Shown here: piece after piece, positions 27,445 to 37,395 of the stretch
Numbering within the stretch: the stretch's first letter is position 1
How the letters are laid out: each line of letters opens with the position of its first letter
NCBI GenBank assembly: GCA_002269645.1
Contig: NIVC01002541.1
Location: 151,431 to 215,430 of the forward strand
From: Macrostomum lignano
Lineage: Eukaryota
DNA: 64,000 nucleotides
Direction: 5' to 3'
Translations under genes and position numbers: made by a program
Notes under the pieces: model-generated
Told to the model about the DNA's origin: nothing
Seen by the model: the letters and a program-made list of their open reading frames with translations, nothing else
Database searches by the model: none

Positions 27445-28386
27445 CACGCAGGGCAAACTCACCTGAAAGGTGACCCGCTGCAGCCGGATGACAATAAGCT
27501 GCACCAGCCGCACCATGGTGAGCCGGTGCTGAGGCTTGGCCAGCAACTCGGCCAGCCGGCCGGCGGGAATTCGCAGCACGCGGCACTCGGACGAAGCCAC
27601 AACGGCGCGCAAAGATTTGAGCTTAGGCGAAGAACCAGTGAGAACTTCTAAGAAGCTGAGCAGAGAACAGATTGAGTGATGCTCGCCGAACTCGTGAAAC
27701 TGCTGCTGCTGCTGCTGCTCCAGCAGGAGGAGTCGAACCCGGCCCCGCTGCACAATGTACAGATCCCCGTCGGCGTCGCCCAAATCAAAGAGAGTCTCGC
27801 CGTGGCGCAGCTGCACAATCTCCAGGCATTTGCACATCTCCAATAGAAACGATTTCTCCAATCCGTCGAATATCCTGAGCGACCGCACGGCCAGGTAAAA
27901 CTCGTTCAGCATGGGCGGCGGCCAGGCGGAGTCGTCGTCGGCATCCGTTGGCTCCAGGAAATAGTCCGGTATGCCGTCCATCAGCGATTGCCGCTGCCTC
28001 AGCTGCTGCTGCTGCTGCTGCTGGTACCGCTGGCCGGGCCTGAGCAGCTGCATCAGCTCGGCGCCCTGCGGCAGGCGCGGCATTGTGGGCAAGTTTGGCG
28101 CCGCCTGCCGCATCACGCGGCGCAGCCAGTAGCTCAGACGGTCGCGCTTGCGAAACGCCGACCTGGACGGCTGCTGCATCAGCGACGGATTGCGAAGCCT
28201 CGACCGGCCAGCCAGCTGCGGCCGGCCAGAAGCCGGTGCCCCCTGCTGCGCCAGCGGCCGACCGGTCGACCAGTAGCGCCGATAAAAGTACAGCAGCAGT
28301 AGGGCGCCGGACAGGGTCAGCAGAGCGGTGAGCACCAGGGCGTCCTGGCCCTGCCCCAGCTGGGGAATCAGCCGGATTGGGAACGG
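18165..28386 (-). CDS. PNPLA6: Neuropathy target esterase / swiss cheese patatin-like phospholipase (PNPLA6/7-like), 10 exons; start codon not located, frameshift in last exon
   Basis: Exons 27463-~28386, 26513-27221, 25903-26114, 25066-25350, 23749-24132, 22762-23137, 21574-21733, 20303-21014, 19438-19674 and 18862-18165, with consistent splice phases. The product has an N-terminal TM segment, three cNMP-binding-like regions, an intact patatin domain (GGGGARG, GTSIG, DGG) and C-terminal FTDLAE and SDGC motifs. Confidence 0.93.
18955..19260. repeat. Dispersed repeat family, copy 1 (other copies ~24255-24490 and ~29575-29855)
   Basis: The three copies share blocks such as GAGTCGCT..AGAATC.CTGAG.TGCGTCTAA. 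Copies 1 and 2 also share GATGCCCTAGTGACTCAACA.TCGCCTCTCAGTCGCATTGCAGTCG. Confidence 0.75.
19750..20215. repeat. 30-bp minisatellite (GTAAGCTAATTGAGCTCCAGTGTCACACAG)
   Basis: Direct reading. Confidence 0.95.
21075..21450. repeat. 36-bp minisatellite
   Basis: TACATTTGGGGGCAGAGGCTGGGGTAGGGGTTAATG units. Confidence 0.92.
21823..22634 (+). mobile_element. Penelope-like retroelement fragment (degenerate GIY-YIG endonuclease, hammerhead-like core)
   Basis: The translation [11 protein letters not shown]...IYVGE...RL*AHLSDI...PISRHF..PNH...LRFMGL...[17 protein letters not shown] carries a stop and a frameshift. The 10-bp direct repeat TATCTATTTA lies at 21813-21822 and 22635-22644. Confidence 0.8.
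22531..22560 (+). ncRNA. Hammerhead ribozyme-like core (probably degenerate)
   Basis: CCTGACGA-AGACCCG-GTT-CGGGTT-GAAA provides the CUGANGA and GAAA boxes around a stem II. Stems I and III are not convincingly paired. Confidence 0.45.
23190..23745. repeat. ~46-50-bp minisatellite filling an NTE intron
   Basis: AGCTACCTCACTCATTCAGCAGCCTCTCAA..AGCTTGG.TTCCAT units. Confidence 0.95.
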
Positions 28387-28489
28387 CTGCAGTTGTTGGG
28401 GCGGGGCTGCGGAGTCTGCGTGGATTCAGTTTGCCTAGCAACTAAATCTAATCTTAACTAGACAACCTTATCTTAACTTGATAGAGTAA

Positions 28490-29200
28490 GTGGAACACAA
28501 ATCTCACCCCCATAGAGTAAGCGGAACTGAAATCTAAACCTCATAGAGTAAGCGGAACTGAAATCTAAACCTCATGGAGTAAGCGGAACTGAAATCTCAA
28601 CCCCATAGAGTAAGCGGAACTGAAATCTCACCCCCATAGAGTAAGCGGAACTGAAATCTCACCCCATAAGAGTAAACGGAACTGAAATCTCAACCCCATA
28701 GAGTAAGCGGAACTGAAATCTCACCCCATAGAGTAAGCGGAACTGAAATATCAACCCCATAGAGTAAGCGGAACTGAAATCTCACCCCATAGAGTAAGCG
28801 GAACTGAAATATCAACCCCATAGAGTAAGCGTAACTGAAATCTCACCCCATAAGAGTAAGCGGAACTGAAATCTCAACCCCATAGAGTAAGCGGAACTGA
28901 AATCTCACCCCCATAGAGTAAGCGGAACTGAAATCTCAACCCCATAGAGTAAGCGGAACTGAAATCTCAACTCGATAAAGTAAGCGGGACTGAAACCTCA
29001 ACCCCATAGAGTAAGCAGAGCTCAAATCTAAACCTCATATTGTAAGCGGAACTGAAATCTGACCCCATAGAGTAAGCGGAACTGAAATCTGACCCCATAG
29101 AGTAAGCGGAACTGAAATCTGACCCCATAGAGTAAGCGGAACTGAAATCTGACCCCATAGAGTAAGCGGAACTGAAATCTGACCCCATAGAGTAAGCGGA
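28490..29200. repeat. ~30-bp minisatellite (GAGTAAGCGGAACTGAAATCTCACCCCATA)
   Basis: Direct reading. Confidence 0.95.
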
Positions 29201-30369
29201 ACATAACAATTTAGTACACTGGAACTACAGCAGTTAATAAAGATTTATTTAAGAAAAAAACAAAATTTTGAAACACAGCCAAAAATTTTCTGACAATTTC
29301 AATAGGTAGTGACAAAGCTTTGAAAAAAAGTTAAGTAAAATATCATATATAAGAAGCTAAATGAACCACACATTATGGAATGTATAACACACACACACAC
29401 ACACACGATATTACGAGTACAATACAATAGGAAGCACATACGCGATATAAGAATTAGGTTAGTTGATTGAGATTATAACATTTTACTCGCCATTTAAGCT
29501 TATGGTAATCTACTCGCATCTCAATTGATCCAGTAAGCAATGACAACTGCTTACGGGGAAAAAGTCTATTTGAGGCGTTTTATTGTCTGCGACTCTGCAA
29601 TGCCTCTGGGACGCTTCTTTAATGCCTCTGGGGCGCTTCTATAATGACTCTGGGGCGCTTCTATAATGCCTCTGGGGCGCTTCTATAATGACTCTGGGGC
29701 GCTTCTATAATGCCTCTGGGGCGCTTCTATAATGCCTCTGGGGCGCTTCTATAATGACTCTGGGGCGCTTCTATAATGCCTCTGGGGCCGTAGAGTCCTA
29801 GCTTCCTAGCTGAAGCCTGCCAGAGTCGCTGTAGAATCACTGAGATGCGTCTAAAGGGAACTTTTTGAAGCACTTTATGAAGATGATCGATGAAAAAGCA
29901 GTTTAGTTGTGGATGCCCATGTTCGGTACCATGCTGCAGGATCTACAAGTAACCACTGGACTAGCGAAAGCAGTTGCCATTGAGTGCTGTGTTTTGCCGC
30001 AGTGCATCAAGTGAGATGAACCTGCATAAGCTTAAACGGGACGCAAAAGTCTAAATTATTATTTTGTGAAAGACAGGCCCAGCAAAGCAAAGGAAAATTC
30101 ACTGGGAATCCAAGTCTCTGAAGAGAACGCCATTTTTGATTGGCGAAAACAACGTGAACTGCGTGAGAAAACTGTAAATAAAAATGACAAGATGCTATGG
30201 TAAGAACTGACATAGGCAGAGCTGGAAACCGAAGTCAGGACACTACGCATTAATACAATGGAGATGGAAAATTTGAATGATTGAGATTTTTTGGATAGAA
30301 AGTGCAAAAGGTTAAGAATAGACAATGTTGGGAAGCTAAAAATTGGGATTCATGAATAGGGAAGACGGT

Positions 30370-30895
30370 AGGATCTGTGGGTGGGGAACAGCAGAATGGG
30401 ATCTGTGAGTGGGGAATAGAATGGGATCTGTGAGTGGGGAACAGAATGGGATCTGTGAGTGGGGAACAGAATGGGATCTGTGAGTGGGGAACAGAATGGG
30501 ATTTGAGTGGGGAACAGAATGGGATCTGTGAGTGGGGAACAGAATGGGATCTGTGAGTGGGGAACAGAATGGGATCTGTGAGTGGGGAACAGAATGGGAT
30601 TTGAGTGGGGAACAGAATGGGATCAGTGACTGGGGAACAGAGTGGGATCTGTGAGTGGGGAATAGAATGAGATCTGTGAGTGGGGAACAGAATGGGATCT
30701 GTGAGTGGGGAACAGAATGGGATCTGTGAGTGGGGAACAGAATGGGATCTGTGAGTAGGGAACAGAATGGGATCTGAGTGGGGAACAGAATGGGATCAGT
30801 GAGTGGGGAACACAATGGGATCTGTGAGTGGGGAACACAATGGGATCTGAGTGATCTGAGAATGGGATCTGAGTGGGGAACAGAATGGGATCTTA
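30370..30895. repeat. 25-bp minisatellite (GGGGAACAGAATGGGATCTGTGAGT)
   Basis: Direct reading. Confidence 0.95.
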
Positions 30896-30978
30896 ATGTA
30901 AGAATAATGGGGTGTGTATAGAATTAGCTAGCGGAGGACATTGTCACCAACAAAAGCAGCTCATGCAGTCACACCCAG

Positions 30979-33900
30979 TTACTCCCCAGCAACCAAGGCG
31001 GCGGCAGGCCTCCGACCGTAGACCAGCACGCACGGTACAGCGAAGGCGGCCTCGTCAAAGACCCGACTATCAGCCGACAGGCAGTCGACTCTGCCGTCTT
31101 CCAAACGGTGCCATCGACAGGCGCCGGCGTCGCCATGGCGACTGCGAACGTAAACAACGTATTGCTGCTGAAAGCATCGATAGCGCCAGGCAACGGCCAG
31201 CAGATCGTAGCAGTCAGAAGCAGAAGCAGCAGAACCTTCTTCTCCGCTGATTAACGGCGAAAATCCTCGAATTGGGAAGTCCAAAACGGCTGCCCGATGG
31301 TGGCGGCAGTCTGCAAGGCGAATCAGCAGGACTGGCGGCAGCGGAGGCCGCAGCCGCTGGCGTCGGATGGCCCGCTGGCCGAAAGCGCCGCAGGACGGGC
31401 ACAGCCAGGCCTGGCGCCGGTCCAAGCCGCTGCCCGGCCGCCACAGCTCGGACAGGCAGTCGGACAGGCGGACGCGGTTGCGGCTACGGACGGGGCCGGA
31501 CTGGCACCGACTGGCATCCCAGTTGAAGTCTTGGGCGGACTGCAGTTGGCGGTTGGAATAGGGGCTGCGCTATTTATTGAGTTGGGAGCTTAAACAGCCC
31601 AAATGATAATCCATGAACTATCAATAGTGGAGCTTGGACTGGAGTCCCAGATTCCTAACTCACAGACATGGACTATCAATAGTGGAGCTTGGACTGGAGT
31701 CCCAGATTCCTAACTCACAGACATGGACTATCAATAGTGGAGCTTGGACTGGAGTCCCAGATTCCTAACTCACAGACATGGACTATCAATAGTGGAGCTT
31801 GGACTGGAGTCCCAGATTCCTAACTCACAGACATGGACTATCAATAGTGGAGCTTGGACTGGAGTCCCAGATTCCTAACTCACAGACATGGACTATCAAT
31901 AGTGGAGCTTGGACTGGAGTCCCAGATTCCTAACTCATGGACTATCAATAGTAGAGCTTGGACTGGAATCCCAGATTACCAATCCATGGACTATCAATAG
32001 TAGAGCTTGGATTGGAGCCCCGATATCTCCGATATCTTAAATAAGTTAAATCAAGGTAAGGATCCAAAAATGACCCCCATGACAGATGAGTCGACACAAA
32101 CTCACCCAGGACCGAACCTGAAACCATTCAGGCCTGGGCGGCGGCGGCGGCGGCGGCACCAGCAGGTCGTCGGCATCTTCGGTGGCAGCCCTCGGCACCG
32201 CGGCGAAATACTCTATAGCAGCCGGGCCGCCGCTCGATTCCCAGGTGTCGTTGAGATTTGAAAACGTGACAGCCCGACAGTCTGTCTGATAGAAATCGAA
32301 CTGGCAGTGCTCAAACAGATTAGCTAGCTCAGTTTTCAAGCTATTTAACCTGTCATTTAGGCTGGACAAGCTCACAGCCAATGGGAAAGCTGGCAGGCTT
32401 CCTACAGCACTGTACGCTGCTGATGCCATGTACACAATAGCGAGAATGTGGTCGCGAGTTCGAATGCAAAACTGGACTGGTTGGACCAGCTCGTAACAGT
32501 ACATAGAATCCTCCTGGTGCGGTAGGCCTAAAAAGTACAGGGATAGAGTTTAAACGTGATTTGATCAATTATGATCCCCGCAACAAAATCGGGGATTCTG
32601 ATCCCAGCAGCACTATTTGGGATTTTGATCCCAGCAAAATTATTAGGAATTTTGATTCCAGCGAAATTATTAAGGGATTTTGATCCCAGAAAAACTGGGG
32701 ATTTTGATCCCAAACACTATTTACTGGGGATTTTGATCCCGACAAAACTACTGGGGATTTGAGCCCAACAAAACTACTGGGGATTTTGATCCCAACAAAA
32801 CTACTGGGGATTTTGATCCCAACAAAACTACTGGGGCTGGGGATTTTGATTCCAACAAAACTACTGGGGCTGGGGATTTTGATTCCAACAAAACTACTGG
32901 GATTTTGATCCCAACAAAACTACTGGGGGTTTTGATCCCAACAAAACTACTGGGGATTTTGATCCCAACAAAACTATTGGGGATTTTGATCCCGACAAAA
33001 CTACTGGGGATTTTGATCCCAACAAAACTACTGGGGATTTTGATCCCAACAAAACTACTGAGGGATTTTGATCCCAACAAAACTACTGAGGGATTTTGAT
33101 CCCAACAAAACTACTGAGGGATTTTGATCCCAACAAAACTACTGGGGATTTTGATCCCAACAAAACTACTGGGGATTTTGATCCCAACAAAACTACTGGG
33201 GATTTTGATCCCAACAAAACTACTGAGGGATTTTGATCCCAACAAAACTACTGGGGATTTTGATCCCAACAAAACTACTGGGGATTTTGATCCCAACAAA
33301 ACTACTGGGGATTTTGATCCCAACAAAACTACTGGGGATTTTGATCCCAACAAAACTACTGGGGATTTTGATCCCAACAAAACTACTGAGGGATTTTGAT
33401 CCCAACAAAACTACTGGGGATTTTGATCCCAACAAAACTACTGGGGATTTTGATCCCAACAAAACTAATGAGGGATTTTGATCCCGACAAAACTACTGGG
33501 GATTTTGATCCCATCAAAACTACTGAGGGATTTTGATCCCGACAAAACTACTGAGGGATTTTGATCCCAACAAAACTACTGAGGGATTTTGATCCCAACA
33601 AAACTACTGGGGATTTTGATCCCAACAAAACTACTGGGGATTTTGATCCCAACAAAACTACTGGGGATTTTGATCCCAGCAACAATTTGAAAACAAAATA
33701 AAGTCTGCATTACCAGCATCTCACCATAGTCTGTGTACCAATCGTCCGCAGAGAACACCCTAGCCACTTTGCCGTCAGTCAGTTGAGCCAACAGCAGACA
33801 GTCGGAACGAATCTGGATAAGTGTACAAAAATCTCAGTTTTCTATTGGCAGTCAGTATATCAACTAATCTCATAACGCAACAGCTACTGACCTCAAATTT

Positions 33901-36900
33901 TGCCCCAATCAGGGCGCACAGATCGCCTGCTTGGCCAGCAGTCGGAGCGTCGATTCGACAGCGCGTCGGCTGATAGCGTCGCCCGGTTGCCAATGGCAAC
34001 GCCGGCACCAGACAGAAATGAAACGGATGCAGATTGGCAGATGGCAACAGTGAGTCGGTCGGAGAGTTCAGGCTGAGCTGCACAAACGGCTGGCAAGCAT
34101 CGGACTGGTGGCCGCACTCACAGCATTCGGTGACGCACTGCAGCTGACCTGTGAACAGATCCGACACCAGTGTGACCGCCGCCGCTTCAGCGTCTGCCTC
34201 TCTGGGCGGCTGTTTCTTGGAAGCCGAGTGTCCGGCGGCCAGCTCCACATGGAGGCCATTCAGCAGGCAAGCCAGGTAATCCTTTTTGGTAGTAATTACA
34301 GTTTGAAACTTTATAAGCTCGAAAGTCTTGTCTGCAACTCTCACTAGAGCAGAGGTTCACATTGTTTTAAATATTTAAACTGTCCGTTATATACAGATAA
34401 AGGTAGATCTTGTGAAGGGTAGATCCGTGAAGGTTAGATCTTGTAAAGTTTCTATATTGTAAAGGTTAGATCCTGAGAAGATCAGATCTTGTGAAGGTTA
34501 GATCCTGTGAAGTAGGATGGATCCTGTAAAGCGTAGATCCTGTGAAGGATAGATCCTGTGAAGGATAGATCCTGTGAAGGATAGATCCTGTGAAGGATAG
34601 ATCCTGTGAAGGATAGATCCTGTGAAGGATAGATCCTGTGAAGTAGGATGGATCCTGTAAAGCGTAGATCCTGTGAAGTAGGATGGATCCTGTAAAGCGT
34701 AGATCCTGTGAAGGATAGATCCTGTGAATGATAGATCCTGTGAATGATAGATCCTGTGAAGGATAGATCCTGTGAAGGATAGATCCTGTGAAGGATAGAT
34801 CCTGTGAAGCATAGATCCTGTGAAGGATAGATCCTGTGAAGGATAGATCCTGTGAAGAATAGATCCTGTGAAGAATAGATCCTGTGAAGCATAGATCCTG
34901 TGAAGATCTTATGAAATCCTTCATCTGATTAAAGACTTTGCTTTTCACGGATATACTCATAAAACTTGGCATTGCCACTTCTCGACACAATATAAAGGAT
35001 CCAATTAAAGAGATTGATAGTAAGAATGATTGTTAACGAATATTCAAAAAGTAAGAATCAATACATTTTTGCAAATAAGACAATCATGGTTCTCGTAGGA
35101 ACTGAGCCCAACTCACAACGCATTCCAAAGACGCAGCGACAGAGTCAACTCTGCTCAACTCTTCTTTCTGATCAGCGCAAGCCGACATTGTAGCCCGCAA
35201 TTGGCGCATTAAGATTCGCCTAACAGCTCTGGCCGACACAAACTCGTACAGGCCGGAGGTCATTGCGCGCAGCAGTTCGCAGGTTGCGTCAGTCAGTGGA
35301 CGACGACGACGACCAGCGCCGTCGCCTGCTGCGAAGGTTTGAGATTGCCACTGCCGGAATTAGAGTTGCTAGACTTGGGCATACTGTATCAGCTTATATT
35401 CTCAGCAAGCAACCCTACCAGGCGGTAGGACGAGCAGCTGATCGACCAAGCGCGGCACGCCGCACAGCAGCTGTAGAGCGGCGTTCAAAGCGCCAGCATC
35501 GGCTCCAGGATTGGATAGGCCGCAACAGCAGCCTGCGGGGAAGCGCAGTCAGTGAGTCAGTGAGTCAGCTAGTTGCTGAGTTAGTGAGTCAGTGAGTTAG
35601 TCAGTGAGTCAGTGATTCAGTGAGTGAGTCAGTGAGTGAGTGAGTGAGTCAGTCAGTCAGTCAGTCAGTCAGTGAGTCAGTGAGTCAGTGAGTCAGTGAG
35701 TGAGTCAGTCAGTCAGTGAGTCAGTGAGTCAGTGAGTGAGTCAGTGAGTCAGTCAGTCAGTGAGTCAGTCAGTGAGTAGTCAGTGAGTCAGTGAGTCAGT
35801 GAGTGAGTCAGTGAGTCAGTCAGTCAGTGAGTCAGTCAGTCAGTGAGTCAGTCAGTGAGTAGTCAGTGAGTCAGTGAGTCAGTGAGTGAGTCAGTCAGTC
35901 AGTCAGTCAGTCAGTCAGTCAGTCAGTCAGTGAGTCAGTCAGTGAGTAGTCAGTGAGTCAGTGAGTCAGTGAGTCAGTCAGTGAGTCAGTCAGTCAATCA
36001 GTGAGTCAGTGAGTCAGTGAGTGAGTCAGTGAGTCAGTGAGTCAGTGAGTCAGTCAGTGAGTCAGTCAGTGAGTCAGTGAGTTAGTGAGTCAGTGAGTAA
36101 TTTTTTTATTAGAGGCAGGGGGTTGTGTGCACCCTGGCGCACTTTAAGCGACATAGGCACACAACCGGCGAGAGGCATTACTGCCCATTCCGCCGACTCC
36201 CCTGAGCAGGCATACAAGCGCGTGGATACGTACGCAGGCACACACTCACACAGGAGTGTACAGCGGCCCTAACTTTATATTATCGTTAGGCATGTACACT
36301 TCACTGCGCCTTGGGGGGTTGGCTCTCAAGGCCGTTAATTGCACGAGCAGAGCCAAGCCGAGATTCCAATTAAGCCCCAAATTAATGTGACTGCACTTGG
36401 AATCGAGCCTGGGTCGCTGGCACACCAGAGCAGCTGCGCTACCGCTGGGCTACGGCCCCCCTTGAGTCAGAGTGAGTGAGTGAGTGAGTGAGTGAGTGAG
36501 TGAGTGAGTCAGTCAGTCAGTCAGCCAGTCAGTAAACGCACAGCTAGCCTGGCTCATAGCAGGCAGCGGCGGTGGCTCCAGCAGGCCGGAGCGGGCGTCA
36601 ACCACAGCGCCGGCTTCAATAGCGGCGGTGGCAGCGTCGGCGCGCGGCCAGTGGCCGCTGGCATCGGCGCCGCGGACAACGCGCAGTTCGATAAGTGCGC
36701 ACTGGCCAGATCGAACTCTGCCGCGCAATGTCAAAGAGCTGTCAGTCAGCGGGGGGGGGAAATTGATAAGGATACTCGCTTCACAATCTTTACTCGCTAC
36801 TCAGTAGTAGGCGATCTCTTACTAAGCATCGTAATTAAACTTGAGAGCACAGAATTAATGCTACTCACTAGTCGGTCACGAGTTCGAATCCGCCACTACC

Positions 36901-37164
36901 GCAGCAGTCGCCAGCAGGCGGAGACAGCCAGAGCCTGGCCGGGGTGTCCGCAGACCAGCTGGCAGCATTATTGGCAGCTTTGATCTCGGCTTGATTGCCG
37001 GTGAGCAGAGCTGTCTGAGCAGCGTTGAGCACAGCGGCAAAGGTGTCAGTGGGTTGGAACCGGTGCACCAAACGGAGATCTGGTCGAGCAAAGCTGGACA
37101 GAGTCAGGCTGAGACTGGGGTCTCGCGATTTTGACTGATCAGAGTCTGCCAAATTGCTGTCCAT
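30979..37164 (-). CDS. USP4/11/15-like ubiquitin-specific protease, catalytic residues lost (8 exons, ~769 aa)
   Basis: Exons 36869-37164, 36542-36738, 35419-35532, 35117-35328, 33892-34281, 33725-33812, 32106-32527 and 30979-31569 sum to 2310 nt, open throughout. Motifs: UBL region RLW...GQCALIE...GHWPR, Cys-box-like GLSNPGADAGALNAALQLL, LLNGLHVEL, LVSDLFTGQ..C.ECGH, LSDCL..W.CPSC, LPPVLLIRL, YDLLAV. Confidence 0.85.
31610..32030. repeat. 55-bp minisatellite, near-identical units
   Basis: CATGGACTATCAATAGTGGAGCTTGGACTGGAGTCCCAGATTCCTAACTCACAGA. Confidence 0.95.
32570..33680. repeat. 27-bp minisatellite (GATTTTGATCCCAACAAAACTACTGGG)
   Basis: Direct reading; fills a USP intron. Confidence 0.97.
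34400..34910. repeat. 16-bp minisatellite (TAGATCCTGTGAAGGA)
   Basis: Direct reading. Confidence 0.93.
35545..36530. repeat. (TGAG/TCAG)n microsatellite interrupted by a SINE
   Basis: Direct reading. Confidence 0.93.
36101..36460 (-). mobile_element. tRNA-derived SINE
   Basis: The minus-strand head GGGGCCGTAGCCCAGCGG...GGCTCGATTCC has A and B boxes, and the element ends in an A tail. It sits inside a (TGAG/TCAG)n microsatellite. A second, diverged copy lies at ~37396. Confidence 0.8.
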
Positions 37165-37395
37165 GCCAGGGCGCAGGGACTGAGTTGACAAATAATCATA
37201 TGACTGATGCAGACTGGAAATTGAGTGAGAATAAATAAGTGATATACTCAATCGAGATTGCTATGTTTGCAATTGGTTTATCATTTAAACAATTAAAATT
37301 TAAATGTATACACATGCTCGCTGGCCTATAATAAGTAGAAGATAGACAGTCTTTGCTTTCTAGATATGGCTTTTCTTCTAAATAAATTAATGTTA

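Noticed and set aside
27229-28441. Alternative-frame and antisense ORFs overlapping NTE exons (and similar overlaps at 13243-13683, 18182-18893, 37717-39255)
   Set aside because: Expected by-products of GC-rich coding sequence; the conserved protein is in another frame.
30000-30330. Possible pogo/Tigger HTH remnant (IFDWRKQRE...)
   Set aside because: Short, several stops, no TIRs; too weak to call.
23190-33680. Arrays that superficially resemble CRISPR (e.g. 23190-23745, 28490-29200, 31610-32030)
   Set aside because: Units abut directly with no unique spacers, no cas genes are present, and the context is eukaryotic introns.
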